From Phycisphaerae bacterium (GTDB lineage: Bacteria; Planctomycetota; Phycisphaerae; UBA1845): 64,000 nt of DNA. A program made the translations under genes and the position numbers. Below are positions 30,223 to 41,324 of this stretch, one piece after another. The first letter of the stretch is position 1. Each line of letters starts with the position of its first letter. Location: positions 1,344,001-1,408,000 of the forward strand of contig CAXXGO010000001.1 of the NCBI GenBank assembly GCA_963666835.2, given 5' to 3'. The notes beneath the pieces are model-generated. The model was not told the origin of the DNA and ran no database searches. It saw only the letters and a list, made by a program, of their open reading frames with translations.

Positions 30223-30887
30223 CGCAGACTCCTCTCCGAAAACAGTTGTGAGTATGGACACCTAACCGGGGTTTTCCGCACACATAGACTTCCGTTGCGG
30301 CGCCGGCGTATGGGGCCGACCGATCGAAACAGGTGTCGCAGCTTTCGCCGCGAACGTGCCGGTTCGACAGTCAGAGCCCGGCATACGCCGGTGCCGGCGC
30401 CGGAGGGACGAACACCGACCGCTTCCTCGACATACGCGCCGCTAGCGTTCCTCTACTAGCTAAGACAGAGAACGGACCTGAGCACTCACGGTAGATTCGC
30501 GTTTTCTGTCGGTAGCGTTGCAGGTTCCTCTCAAACCTAACGCACGGGCAAGGCATGCGGACCGTTACGACTCAAGCGTTACTGAGTGAGAGCATGCGAT
30601 CCGACTCCAAGGCTCCGGCGTTATGTTCTGTAAGCGTTGCGGAGCTCGCCGAGTTCTGCCGGGGACGCCTTTTCAGGCCCGCGCGCAATGTGGACCAGTA
30701 CAGTTCGGATCGTGGTTCCTAGATTGCCAACCAGGAAGAGGGTGGGCGGTGGAGGTGCCCCGATTTAGTTGCAAAAGCGGCTTTGATGAGGTATTATCGA
30801 TGACGTTCAGGGCGTTGCTGGTCGGACTAATCGGTTGGGGCGTGCCGGCCGGACCATCAAACCCGTGGGTAACTCGGGTTGTTGCGT

Positions 30888-31505
30888 ATGCCACATGAGG
30901 AACTAGTCGCCCGAGCTGTGGGGGGCAGCCAAGAGGCGGTTTGCGCATTGCTCCGCCGGTATGGTCCCCACGCCCGGGCCTCGCTCGGCGACCAGATCCC
31001 GCAAGAATGGCGGTCCGTGCTCAGCGAAGACGACGTCATGCAGGTAACCTACCTCAACGCGTTCCTCCACATAGGGGAGTTCGAGGCACGCGACTGCAAA
31101 GCATTTGTAGCTTGGCTGAAACGGATCGCCGAGAACAACCTTCGTAATGCCATCACGCAACTTGCGGCCGCCAAGCGACCTGATCCGCGGCGCCGGATTC
31201 GATGGACGCAGGACGAAGATCGGTCCACGGCGTTGCTTGAGTCTCTGGTAGGTCCGGACTCCACTCCGAGTCGCAAGGCCCAGCGCCATGAGATGCAGCA
31301 CCTTATGGCGGACGCGATCTGCGGGCTGCCGGAAGCCTATCAGAGAGTTGTGCGACTGTACGACCTGGGCGGGCGGAACGCCAAGGAGGTAGCGGCGTCG
31401 ATGAACCGGTCGGAAGGCGCGGTGTACATGCTCCGGGCCAGGGCTCATGAACGGCTGCGTGAGATCATTGGATCCGGCTCGGGGTTTCTGTCTGATGTCA
31501 AGTGA
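30888..31505 (+). CDS. ECF RNA polymerase sigma factor
   Basis: EDDVMQVTYLNAF, AWLKRIAEN (region 2), STPS, region 4 LPEAYQRVVRLYDL...RARAHERLR. Confidence 0.9.
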   Translation: MPHEELVARAVGGSQEAVCALLRRYGPHARASLGDQIPQEWRSVLSEDDVMQVTYLNAFLHIGEFEARDCKAFVAWLKRIAENNLRNAITQLAAAKRPDPRRRIRWTQDEDRSTALLESLVGPDSTPSRKAQRHEMQHLMADAICGLPEAYQRVVRLYDLGGRNAKEVAASMNRSEGAVYMLRARAHERLREIIGSGSGFLSDVK

Positions 31506-31538
31506 ATCAGGATCAAGTCGTTCATTGGAGGCGCGGCC

Positions 31539-34500
31539 TTGAGTGGCAACGAGCCAACGCCGGACGAGTTGCCCTGCGACCCTGAATCCCCGCTTATCGA
31601 GGCGGCCCGCAAGGATGCCGTGGTGCCCCCAAGAGATGGAGACGACGCGGCGATACCGTTACCCAAGCACGTAGGCTCCTACACCGTCACGCGCCTCTTG
31701 GGGGCCGGCGGTATGGGGGTCGTGTACGAGGCCCAGCAAGAGAACCCCAACCGAGCCGTGGCCGTAAAGGTGGTGCGCGGCGGGCAATACGTCGACAGTC
31801 GTGACCTCAGGCTGTTTCAACGCGAGGCCTTGGCCTTAGCCCGGTTGAAGCACCCCTACATCGGAGCTATTTACGAGGCGGGGCGGACGGAGGACGGCCG
31901 GCATTTCTTCGCCATGGAGTTGGTTCAGGGGCAGCGGCTGATGACGTTTGCCCGCCGGCAGAACCTGTCACTCGACCAACGGCTGGGACTGTTCAAGAAG
32001 ATTTGTGAGGCGATTGACTACGCTCACCAGCGCGGCGTCATGCACCGCGACCTGAAACCCTCGAATATCCTGGTCGACCGAGAGGGCAACCCTAAGATCC
32101 TGGACTTCGGCCTCGCCAAGATTACGGATGCGGACATCGCGGTGACGACGGTGGCCACCGGGATTGACCGGATTCTGGGGACCTTGCCGTACATGAGCCC
32201 GGAGCAGGCCCGGGGCGACGTCAGCGAGATCGATCTGCGCAGTGATGTGTATTCGCTAGGGGTGATTCTCTACGAACTCCTGACCGAGCAACTGCCGTAC
32301 GATGTGAGTGGGGCGATGTTGCACGATGCCGTTCGCGTCATTTGCGAAGAGCCGCTGCGGCGTCCCAGCTCCGTCCGGCGAGCGCTGCGGGGCGATCTGG
32401 AGACGATCACCATCAAGGCCCTGGCGAAGGAGCCTCAGCGTCGTTATCAGAACGCCGCGGCGCTTGGCGAGGACCTTGAGCGCTACCTGACCAGCCAGCC
32501 GATCCTGGCCAGGCCACCAAGTGTAACGTACGAACTTCGCAAGCTTGTCGGTCGGCACAGAGTACCGGCTGCGTTTGCAGTTGCGCTGTTTGCGGTGGTG
32601 GTTGGGTTCGGGGTCTGGATGAGTCTGCTTTATGCCCGGGCGGAGGCGTTAAGGGTCGAAGCCGTTGCGGCCAGGGCGGAAACCCAGAAGCGTGCCGAGG
32701 AACTGAAGACCGTCACGAGTTTCCAGGCTTCGGTTCTCAGCGGGATCGACGTAGAGCAGATGGGCCAACGCGTCCTTGACGATCAGCGTGCGCGGATTCG
32801 TGAAAGCGCTGTGCGCGAAGGGGCGACGGATGAGCGAATCGACATTACCTTGTCGTCGTTTGACCTGATTGTACGAAGAATCAACCCGACGGATATGGCG
32901 CGCAGGATTGTGGAGGAGAACGTGCTCGTGAGGGCCGTATCAGCGATCGAAGAGGAGTTTGCCGAGCAGCCGGTGATTCGAGCCGGCCTACTGCAGACGC
33001 TTGCGGATACGTATCGCGAACTCGCCATGTCTGAGCCCGCCATGCCGCTGCAGTCGGCGGCACTCGATACGCTTCGCCAGGAGAAGGGCGACGATCACGC
33101 GGATACGATGACTGCGATCGGGCAGATGGGTGTCGTGCTCGAGTCGCTGGGCGAGCATGCCGAAGCCGAGAAGTACTACCGCGAGTTGCTTGAACGACGC
33201 TGCCGGGTGCTGGGCGACGAACACCCCGGGACGCTGATTGCAGTCAGTAATCTGGGCCATCTGCTGCTATCGGCAGGCAGGCTTGCGGAGGCCGAGCCGT
33301 ATTGCCGTAAGGCATTGGCGGGACGCCGCCAAGTCCTGGGCGATGCCCATCCGGACACCCTGTCGTCCATCAACAACATGGGGCTCCTTCTGCACGTGAT
33401 GGGCAGATACGCTGAGGCCGAGCAGTACTACCGGGAGTCGCTGGAGGGCAGAACCCGGGTTTTGGGAGCAGATCACGCGCAGACGTTGGCAGCGACGGTC
33501 AGCCTGGCGGTCCTCATGCAGACCACAGGAAGGTTCGCCGAAGCCGAGTCGTGTCTCCGCAAGGCCGTGGAGGGTCTTCGCCGCGCATGGGGAAACGACA
33601 ACTCACAAACGCTCACCGCGATCAACAACCTGGGCGTGTTGCTTAAGAAAATGGGGAGGTACGCCGAGGCCGAGTCGTATCTGAGAGAAGCACTTGAAGG
33701 CCGGAGACGCCTATACGGAGACGATAATCCGGACACGCTGGCCGTGATCGGCAATATGGGTACGTTGCTTGATGCCATGGGCAAACTCGGCGAGGCCGAG
33801 CAGTACTCCCGCGAAGTGCTCGAAGGCTGCCGGCGCGTGTTGGGCGACGAACATTCCCACACGCTCACCGCAATCAGTAATAGAGGGAGGCTGCTGCAAT
33901 CGATGGGCCGATACGCCGAATCTGAGGAATACTTCCGCGAGGCGTTGGAGGGCAGGCAACGTGTGCTTGGGGACGATCACCGAGACACGCTGGCGTCGTT
34001 TCTCAATCTTGCCTCCGCGTTCAAAGAGCTGGGTGAATTCGGTGAAGCTGAGGCTTACTACCGCAAAGCGCTCGAAGGTACACGGCGTGTCTTGGGTGAC
34101 GACCACATTCAGACGTTGGTCACCTGCAACAGCTTGGCTCTGCTGCTTGACCTGATGGATAGGCCGGGCGAGGCCGAACCATTCGTGCGCGAGAGCCTCA
34201 ATGGCTGCCGCCGCACAATGGGGGAGGATCACGTTCGGACTCTGATCTCGCTCAACACACTGGGTCGAGTGTTGCGGAGCCTGGGCCGTCTGGACGACGC
34301 GGAAGCAGCCGGTGCCGAAGCGGTGGAGCGCGCCCGCCGGGCTCTTCCCCAGGGGCACTGGTATCTCGGTATCTTCCTACAAGATTATGGTAAGACGCTG
34401 GCGAAGCTCGGGCGGTACGATGAAGCCGAGACTGCACTGCTGGAAGCGCATGCTACTTTTGATCGCGCGTTTGGCTCAGACCACGCCAGAACCACGAAGG

Positions 34501-34634
34501 CGGTGGATGCGTTGATTGACCTGTACGACGCATGGCATCAGGCCGAGCCGAACGCCGGCCACGATGCCAACGCCGCCCAATGGCGGTCGAGGGGCGACCA
34601 CGCACCGCCATCCCATCGCGGATGCACGCATTAG
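31539..34634 (+). CDS. Hanks-type Ser/Thr protein kinase with TM segment and TPR repeats
   Basis: LGAGGMGVVY, VAVK, HRDLKPSN, DFGLAK, YMSPEQ; ~42-aa LGDEHPxTL TPR repeats. Confidence 0.96.
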   Translation: MSGNEPTPDELPCDPESPLIEAARKDAVVPPRDGDDAAIPLPKHVGSYTVTRLLGAGGMGVVYEAQQENPNRAVAVKVVRGGQYVDSRDLRLFQREALALARLKHPYIGAIYEAGRTEDGRHFFAMELVQGQRLMTFARRQNLSLDQRLGLFKKICEAIDYAHQRGVMHRDLKPSNILVDREGNPKILDFGLAKITDADIAVTTVATGIDRILGTLPYMSPEQARGDVSEIDLRSDVYSLGVILYELLTEQLPYDVSGAMLHDAVRVICEEPLRRPSSVRRALRGDLETITIKALAKEPQRRYQNAAALGEDLERYLTSQPILARPPSVTYELRKLVGRHRVPAAFAVALFAVVVGFGVWMSLLYARAEALRVEAVAARAETQKRAEELKTVTSFQASVLSGIDVEQMGQRVLDDQRARIRESAVREGATDERIDITLSSFDLIVRRINPTDMARRIVEENVLVRAVSAIEEEFAEQPVIRAGLLQTLADTYRELAMSEPAMPLQSAALDTLRQEKGDDHADTMTAIGQMGVVLESLGEHAEAEKYYRELLERRCRVLGDEHPGTLIAVSNLGHLLLSAGRLAEAEPYCRKALAGRRQVLGDAHPDTLSSINNMGLLLHVMGRYAEAEQYYRESLEGRTRVLGADHAQTLAATVSLAVLMQTTGRFAEAESCLRKAVEGLRRAWGNDNSQTLTAINNLGVLLKKMGRYAEAESYLREALEGRRRLYGDDNPDTLAVIGNMGTLLDAMGKLGEAEQYSREVLEGCRRVLGDEHSHTLTAISNRGRLLQSMGRYAESEEYFREALEGRQRVLGDDHRDTLASFLNLASAFKELGEFGEAEAYYRKALEGTRRVLGDDHIQTLVTCNSLALLLDLMDRPGEAEPFVRESLNGCRRTMGEDHVRTLISLNTLGRVLRSLGRLDDAEAAGAEAVERARRALPQGHWYLGIFLQDYGKTLAKLGRYDEAETALLEAHATFDRAFGSDHARTTKAVDALIDLYDAWHQAEPNAGHDANAAQWRSRGDHAPPSHRGCTH

Positions 34635-34731
34635 CGCCCTTGCCGGCGATTACGACCCGGCACTTGACCCGCGTTGCCGAGCCTGGGACACTCATCGGGC
34701 CTTTTCCGGGAAGAGAGGAGTGTCGCAAGAG

Positions 34732-36252
34732 ATGAGTATTCAACCTCATTCGCTGCCGGCGTCGGCGTTGACGGCGCTTACGGAAGCGGCGGCGGCGATC
34801 AACTCCACTCTCGAACTCGACGCCCTCTTGTCGACCATCGCCCGGCTGGCGTGCACGGTAACGCGCGGCGAGGCCAGCAGCGTTCTCACTCTGGACCCTT
34901 TGCGAAACCAACTGGTTGTCGTGGCCGTCACGGGGCGATGGCGGGATGCTCTGGTCGGCCAAGAGCTGGACGCGAGCATGGGGATTCCCGGGCATGTCGT
35001 GCGAACGGCCAGCCCGATCCTGGCAGTAGATGCCCAGAAGCACCCCAAGTTTCGGCGCGAGATCGATGATCTGGGCAGCATCCGGACTCGCTCGCTGGTT
35101 GCGGCACCGATGATCCACCGTTCCGAAGTTGTCGGCGTGGTGGAAGTGGTCAACCGCCGTGACGAGCAGGACTTCGACAGCACCGACCTGAAGATCCTCC
35201 AGATCTTCGCCACGTTGGCCGTCACGGCGACCCAGAACGCCCGCGCCCATCAGAACCTCAAACAACGCTTCGCCGGCTTGCGCGATTCCGTGATGAAGCG
35301 AACGTCGATAATTGGTGAGTCTCCGCTGTGGAAGGAAACGCTCAGCCTATGCGACCGGGTTGCCCGCAGCAGCGCCACGGTGATTCTGCTCGGCGAGACC
35401 GGGACAGGCAAGGAGCTGACCGCCCGGTTCATTCATAACATCTCGCGCCGTAAGGAAGAGACCTTCGTGGCGGTCAACTGTGCCGCGCTGCCCGAGACCT
35501 TGCTGGAGAGTGAACTCTTCGGGCACGAGAAGGGCTCGTTCACCGGAGCGCACGCGCAACGACGCGGCTGGTTCGAGGTAGCCCACGGAGGGACGTTGTT
35601 TCTGGACGAGATCGGCGAAGTCAGCCGTGCCATGCAAGCCAAGTTGCTCCGGGTGCTCCAAGAGAAGTGCATTATTCGCGTCGGGGGGACTAGGCCGATA
35701 CCCTGCGACACGCGGATCATCGCGGCCACCAACCGCAATCTCAAGAACATGATGATCGATGGCCTGTTCCGGGAGGATCTGTTCTACCGGCTCAGCGTTT
35801 TTCCGATTCACCTGCCGCCCCTGCGAGAACGGCGTGACGACATCCCTCTCTTCGTCGACCACTTCGTTGCTCCGGCCATCCGCGACTGCAATATCCGCGA
35901 CTTGCGAGTTGCTCCTGAGACCCTGGCGCTTCTTCAGCATTACGACTGGCCGGGAAACATCCGTGAACTTCAGAATGTGATAGAACGATCGGTGCTGATG
36001 TCGGATGGCGAAGTGCTTCTGCCGTGTCATCTGCCCTCCGATATTGCGGTGGCGGCGCAGAGTGGTGATCCGGACAGCGATGGCTCGATGCTGTCCCGCC
36101 AAGAGCGAACTCTGATCATTAAGGCTCTGGAAGAGAATGACTGGAATCAGTCCCAGGCGGCCCGTGCCTTGGGCATCAGCCGCTACCACATGCGCCATCG
36201 GATAAAGAAGTACGGAATCCACCGCCCCTCCGACGAACCTGCCGGTGAATAG
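34732..36252 (+). CDS. GAF-domain sigma54-dependent Fis-family transcriptional activator
   Basis: GETGTGKE, ESELFGHEKGSFTGA, LFLDEIGE, WPGNIRELQN, C-terminal HTH. Confidence 0.95.
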   Translation: MSIQPHSLPASALTALTEAAAAINSTLELDALLSTIARLACTVTRGEASSVLTLDPLRNQLVVVAVTGRWRDALVGQELDASMGIPGHVVRTASPILAVDAQKHPKFRREIDDLGSIRTRSLVAAPMIHRSEVVGVVEVVNRRDEQDFDSTDLKILQIFATLAVTATQNARAHQNLKQRFAGLRDSVMKRTSIIGESPLWKETLSLCDRVARSSATVILLGETGTGKELTARFIHNISRRKEETFVAVNCAALPETLLESELFGHEKGSFTGAHAQRRGWFEVAHGGTLFLDEIGEVSRAMQAKLLRVLQEKCIIRVGGTRPIPCDTRIIAATNRNLKNMMIDGLFREDLFYRLSVFPIHLPPLRERRDDIPLFVDHFVAPAIRDCNIRDLRVAPETLALLQHYDWPGNIRELQNVIERSVLMSDGEVLLPCHLPSDIAVAAQSGDPDSDGSMLSRQERTLIIKALEENDWNQSQAARALGISRYHMRHRIKKYGIHRPSDEPAGE

Positions 36253-36309
36253 GCACCTCCCCAGCATCGCCGGTCCGGCGCAAGTCGGTTAACATGGCGG
36301 ACGCCTGGG

Positions 36310-37584
36310 GTGCGGTTCTGCGCCTTGGGGACGTTGCCTGTAGAGGTCTCCGCTGTGTGGAAGAAGTACATCGAACTGCCGCGACCGATCCACATTCTGT
36401 GCCTGGGGACGTTCGTCAACCGGGCCGGATCGATGCTCGTGCCGCTCATGGCAATGTACCTTCAGCAAGAGTTGGAGCTCGGGGCGATGTTCGCCACGAC
36501 GGCCATGGGAGCCTTCGGGCTCGGTGCACTTATAGCGGCCGCAATCGGCGGATTCCTGGCGGACCACCTCGGTCGCCGACGGGTGATGCTGGTGAGCTTG
36601 TTCGGCAGCGCGGCGGTCATTCTGGTGTTCGGCACGTTGAAGTCACCTCCGGCGATCCTGGTCGCTTCGGCCGTTTTCGCTCTGGTCACGGAGATGTACC
36701 GCCCGGCTGCCTCGGCGATGATCGCCGATCTTGCCGAGCCAATCGTCCGCAATCATGCTTTCGGCCTGATGTACTTCTCAATCAACCTGGGCTTTTGCGT
36801 GGGTCCGATGATTGGCGGCGCACTTGCCGTCTATTCATACCGCTGGATCTTCTGGGGTGACGCTCTAACGACCCTGATCTACGCCGTCATCATTCTGATC
36901 TTCATCAAAGAAACGCTGCCGATGCGGTCGGGACCAATCAACTCCTCTACGCCGGACGACGGGAGCTTGGATCGGGGAGGGGAGACCCACTCTCCGGCGG
37001 ATATTGGGGTCCTACCCGCGATCCGGCGAATCGCTACGGACGCGCCCTTTGTGGGGTTCTGCTTGGCCACTTTTATCCTCGCGGCGGTTATCACCCAGGG
37101 TCTGTCGACCTTCCCGCTCCATCTGTTGGATCGCGGCATGGGGCCGGATGTGTACGGGCGGATCATTGCCGTGAACGGTGCGCTGATCGTGTGTCTGCAA
37201 CTGCCGGCGACGGCGATGCTCGCGCGGCTGCAACGGAGCACGGCCATGATCGGCGGGGCGGTCCTCTTCGCTGTCGGATTCGGTCTGACCGGCTTGGCCG
37301 ACACGGCGCCGGAGTATGCCTTGACGGTTGTGGTCTGGACCTGCGGGGAGATTATGATTGCCCCGTTGTCTCCGGCGATCGTGACGGATCTTGCTCCGGT
37401 CGAGATGCGGGGGAGATATATGGGTGTTTTCACGATGTCCTTCTCGGGAGCCATGATGGTCGGCGCACCGGTTGGGGGATTCGTGCTGGCCCGATTCGGC
37501 AGTCCCTGGGTGTGGGGGGGCTGTTTCGCGGTGTCGATGGTCGCCGCTGGTTTGCTCTGGTGCCTGCGGCGAAAGCTGCGCTAG
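36310..37584 (+). CDS. MFS transporter
   Basis: GGFLADHLGRRRVM motif A and about 12 hydrophobic segments; start uncertain. Confidence 0.92.
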   Translation: MRFCALGTLPVEVSAVWKKYIELPRPIHILCLGTFVNRAGSMLVPLMAMYLQQELELGAMFATTAMGAFGLGALIAAAIGGFLADHLGRRRVMLVSLFGSAAVILVFGTLKSPPAILVASAVFALVTEMYRPAASAMIADLAEPIVRNHAFGLMYFSINLGFCVGPMIGGALAVYSYRWIFWGDALTTLIYAVIILIFIKETLPMRSGPINSSTPDDGSLDRGGETHSPADIGVLPAIRRIATDAPFVGFCLATFILAAVITQGLSTFPLHLLDRGMGPDVYGRIIAVNGALIVCLQLPATAMLARLQRSTAMIGGAVLFAVGFGLTGLADTAPEYALTVVVWTCGEIMIAPLSPAIVTDLAPVEMRGRYMGVFTMSFSGAMMVGAPVGGFVLARFGSPWVWGGCFAVSMVAAGLLWCLRRKLR

Positions 37585-37755
37585 CCTGCATTGTCCATAC
37601 AAGCGGACTATGCGCTGTGAGGCAATGTGGCGCCAGGGCATACTCTGGGCGTCGAAGCGCGCAGTGTTACCGTGATGCCGCCGACAGGCGGTGGCGCTGC
37701 AGAAAGTCACGCGTGTTTATACGAACGGCATGAATAATCCAGGCTGGGCGGGTTC

Positions 37756-37784
37756 TTGACCTTGGAAGCGTTCCCGGGTAGCGT
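37756..37784 (+). promoter_or_regulatory. sigma70-like promoter of tRNA-Ser
   Basis: TTGACC-N17-TAGCGT. Confidence 0.55.
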
Positions 37785-37837
37785 CCGGGGCTTACACGGT
37801 TGCGCGGCGGATTAGCCCGGACCGTGACTGAGCCCAT

Positions 37838-37928
<91 letters not shown>

Positions 37929-37933
37929 TTGCA

Positions 37934-37976
37934 TGAACCCCGACGAATCGTAAGTCTATGATTCGTCGGGGTTTAT
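37934..37976 (+). terminator. Hairpin after tRNA-Ser (duplicated at 41183-41225)
   Basis: AACCCCGACGAATC...GATTCGTCGGGGTT followed by TATGTTT. Confidence 0.7.
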
Positions 37977-38284
37977 GTTTCTTGAGGACCCCGTTTGTGC
38001 TTAAGAGGTTTTCCGGCATGTCTAGATAGGACGGGGAATAGTGCCGTTGAATCGGGCGGGTCAGCATCAAATGTTGCGGGCAGCAATACTGGATTCGCTA
38101 CCGGCAGGGCTGGCAACCTTGCTGACCCGGCGGGACCTACCGAAGCGAGGCTCGGAGCCCGGCAACCGAAGTCATCCAATCGTCCGGCCGCGTCTTTGAT
38201 CTTGGTACGGACAGCCAGCATGATCCTCCTCGGAGCGACGTCACCAGCGTCCAATGCGCGATTGCCCGTGGGGAATGGGCGACT

Positions 38285-40792
38285 TCATCGCCGAACGATA
38301 CGTATCTGGACCGGCAACCGATCTTCTGTCGCAAGGTCCTCGATGATGCTGAACTTCCACTCGCCTACGTAGAGCACGTACTCGCTCGTTTTCGACCTTG
38401 TACTCGTCGTGACTCCACCCGATTCGATGTAGGACTCCCAGCCGTTCGGTACCCGGCCCCCGCCTTCACGCTCCTTCCAGCGGACCTCCTGCTGAACGAA
38501 GGGCCGTTCGCCCCATCGCGTTTTAAGGCCGCTGGCCGTCCTCTGTTCGGCCATTCCTCTGTCTCGTACACACCAAACAGCGACAGCCTTCTGATTAGGA
38601 AGCTGGAACGTGTAACCATCACCTGCAACCATGTCGAAGTTCACCGCGTAGGGGGTTTGGTCTTGAGCGACGGTGACATCGCGTACGCCGTGAGCCGGCC
38701 GGATGCCACGTATGACAAGACAGTTCCGGTCTACATCCCAATCAAGCCGCTCCTTGTTCCTCTCGTACCATCGCTTCATCTCCTCGATCTGCCGGTCTCG
38801 GCTTGCTTGATCCATGCTGGGGTTGAAGATGCTGCCATCGATCCGGAAAGGACGTTCCCTGAATTGGAGGTCCTTTTCACTGCGTAGTTCGAAGAACGCC
38901 TTGGCGGCCAAATCCCTGATGCGCTGCGTCTGACCGTTGAACACGTGGTTGGTCTCACTCATGCGGTCCATGGCAGCCACGAGAACCTCCGCCACCTCCA
39001 CGCTGCCTACCAACGCTCGTTGATCGTCTCCGTAGGAGTATCCCACGATACCGTCACGAATGAACTCCAACGTTTCCGCCGCTCGTTCCGGTTCGGCACG
39101 CAAGACCACGCGACGAAGGGCCGCGATTGCCTCGTCCGTTTTGCTGTGCATCAGGAACCAGACCGGTGCGTCCCAGTTACCGTAGGCTGGAATCTCTGCC
39201 TCGACGAAGGAGACGGCGACCGGTACACCCGATTTGTCACCCAGCTCCCAGAGCGCAATCGCTGCTCGTATGCGATCCGATGGCTCCTCGGCAGTGTTCA
39301 TGACCTTCTTGATCGCTGGGATCGCCGACATGTCCTTGAACTTGGCGATGACCTCGCACAATTCACCCTGCTGGAATGGCCCCACAGTCTCCAGACGTGG
39401 CAGAAGCACCGTGACCGGGCGAGTGTCGTTCTTCCTGGCGAAGTACTCGGCTGCTGTCACCCAGTCTTCGAAGCGGCTGCTTGAGAAGAAGTTCATCATC
39501 CGATCGTCAGGGGATAAGTCCTTCGTTTCGTTGTACCACTGCCTTATCTCATCCTTCGCAGCCTGCTTCTCCCCTGGCTCCATCATGCTGAAGGTGAACC
39601 CGGCAGCCGGCTCGTAGCCGAACTCCCGACCCGACGTGTCGCGGAGGATGTGCCAGGCGAAGTCGGAGACGCGCCACACGAGTCGGCTGTGATGGAAGTC
39701 GCGCCAGTGATAGACCGTCCGCGTAGGCCGATCGTCGTCGAGCGCCGCCAGCAGCGCAGGAACGGCTGCATAACCGAGCTGCATCAGATGAGTCGACGGC
39801 GTGTCCTCGGACGGTCGGTCTCCGTCGATGACGACATACGGATGGATCGGCCCCGGCTGCGAGAGTTGTGGGCATTTCAGATCGATAAGCTGCTCAATGG
39901 ACGCCGCTACCATTGTCGCGTTTCCTTGCTCGGGTTTGCCAACGGTGTCTGCTGTTTGTGCTCTCGAGGCAATGATCTGTTCCAATTGTCGCAACAGCTC
40001 AGACGCAGCCTCTGCATGTTTGGACTCGGGAGCCAGCTTGGCAGCAAGACGAAGGTGAGGGATCACGTGCTCTCGATCAGCGTACATTAAGAGGTTAACG
40101 CCGCGCAGATAATGTAGCCAAGCAAGATCTTCAAACGCAGCTTCGCCGAACGCTGCGATGTCGCCGTTGTACGCGGGATGAACGCTGATAATCGGTACAA
40201 CCTGATCCGCCAACCCCCGTTTCCAGGCTGCGTGAGCGACGAGCAGGTGAGAGGAAGGGCCGGGTTCATAAAGGCGGATGCGCACATGATCCTCGTCCGA
40301 GTTTCGCTCGATAAGGGCTCTGCACGACTCGGCGAAGCTCACCTCGCAAGTTGACTTCAAGCGGACGGTGTCCGGGTGCCAGCTGGACGGCCGGATCGTC
40401 GGTTTGTTCTTCAGATAGACCCACGGCAACAAGTCGTCCATCAAAGTGGTTACGGAGGTATCGTCCTCCGCAATCAGCCAGCCGGTCTGTGCTCCTCGAT
40501 CAAACGTGAGCTCGACGAACTTGGCCGTCTTAACCTTGTCGCGGCCTAGCGTGTCGAGACGTCGGAAGAGCTGCTCAATCGCAGTTGGGATGGAAGTTGG
40601 AGGTTGCTCGGACACGGGTATTAAGGCGTTCGTGTCTTTTTTGGGAGGGTTGCCCGTTCCGCCACTATGGACCTCCCCGCCCAAGGTACACGGAGCCCAC
40701 AGCGGAGAGATGAGTACGACGCTGAGCGCGAGCCGAGTACTCGATAGTGGGGCCGACTGAGAAAAACCTGCAACGAGTCGATCATTTGCCAT
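38285..40792 (-). CDS. Hypothetical secreted protein with HEAT-like helical repeats (islet cargo)
   Basis: 835-aa ORF with GGAGG SD; AAVPALLAALDD and RIRAAIALWELGD HEAT-like units. Confidence 0.75.
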   Translation of the reverse strand: MANDRLVAGFSQSAPLSSTRLALSVVLISPLWAPCTLGGEVHSGGTGNPPKKDTNALIPVSEQPPTSIPTAIEQLFRRLDTLGRDKVKTAKFVELTFDRGAQTGWLIAEDDTSVTTLMDDLLPWVYLKNKPTIRPSSWHPDTVRLKSTCEVSFAESCRALIERNSDEDHVRIRLYEPGPSSHLLVAHAAWKRGLADQVVPIISVHPAYNGDIAAFGEAAFEDLAWLHYLRGVNLLMYADREHVIPHLRLAAKLAPESKHAEAASELLRQLEQIIASRAQTADTVGKPEQGNATMVAASIEQLIDLKCPQLSQPGPIHPYVVIDGDRPSEDTPSTHLMQLGYAAVPALLAALDDDRPTRTVYHWRDFHHSRLVWRVSDFAWHILRDTSGREFGYEPAAGFTFSMMEPGEKQAAKDEIRQWYNETKDLSPDDRMMNFFSSSRFEDWVTAAEYFARKNDTRPVTVLLPRLETVGPFQQGELCEVIAKFKDMSAIPAIKKVMNTAEEPSDRIRAAIALWELGDKSGVPVAVSFVEAEIPAYGNWDAPVWFLMHSKTDEAIAALRRVVLRAEPERAAETLEFIRDGIVGYSYGDDQRALVGSVEVAEVLVAAMDRMSETNHVFNGQTQRIRDLAAKAFFELRSEKDLQFRERPFRIDGSIFNPSMDQASRDRQIEEMKRWYERNKERLDWDVDRNCLVIRGIRPAHGVRDVTVAQDQTPYAVNFDMVAGDGYTFQLPNQKAVAVWCVRDRGMAEQRTASGLKTRWGERPFVQQEVRWKEREGGGRVPNGWESYIESGGVTTSTRSKTSEYVLYVGEWKFSIIEDLATEDRLPVQIRIVRR

Positions 40793-41324
40793 CGGTGAGC
40801 CTCCTTGGTGGCATATACGAGATTATACGCATTCCAGCCGCCGTAGGTCGCGCGACTCGTACGGATATATCTGAATCCATCGGCCCGGCCGTTGCGCGCG
40901 GTCGGGGTCACGTGGGGGCGTCTGATGAACTTCGTTGAGGATCGGTGGATCACTGGGGAGGGCTTGCAGTGCGGTCGATCACGGCGGCGCGCCGGTCTCT
41001 TGGACGCACTTCGTCCACACGGGGAGCTGCACATCCGCAATTCGAGATCCCGTGCGATACCGAAAACAGGCGCGGTGACAGTCACCTAAACCATTGTGAG
41101 GAAGGGCTTTGTGTGCAAGCGCCGGGACCCCTCAGAGGCTCATAGATCGGCGGCCCCTGGGATGCCCGCCCTCTCCGTTGCATGAACCCCGACGAATCGT
41201 AAGTCTATGATTCGTCGGGGTTTATGTCTGTAGGCGGCGGCGTCCTTGCCTCATCGCGAGTTCGCCGGTTACGCCGTTTTGCCCGCTCCCGCTGGATCTC
41301 AACAATGCTCGCAGTCGGCACGGG

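Noticed and set aside
37973..38254. Integrase C-terminal remnant in the tRNA-Ser islet
   Set aside because: No R-H-R-Y catalytic motifs recognisable; resemblance too weak
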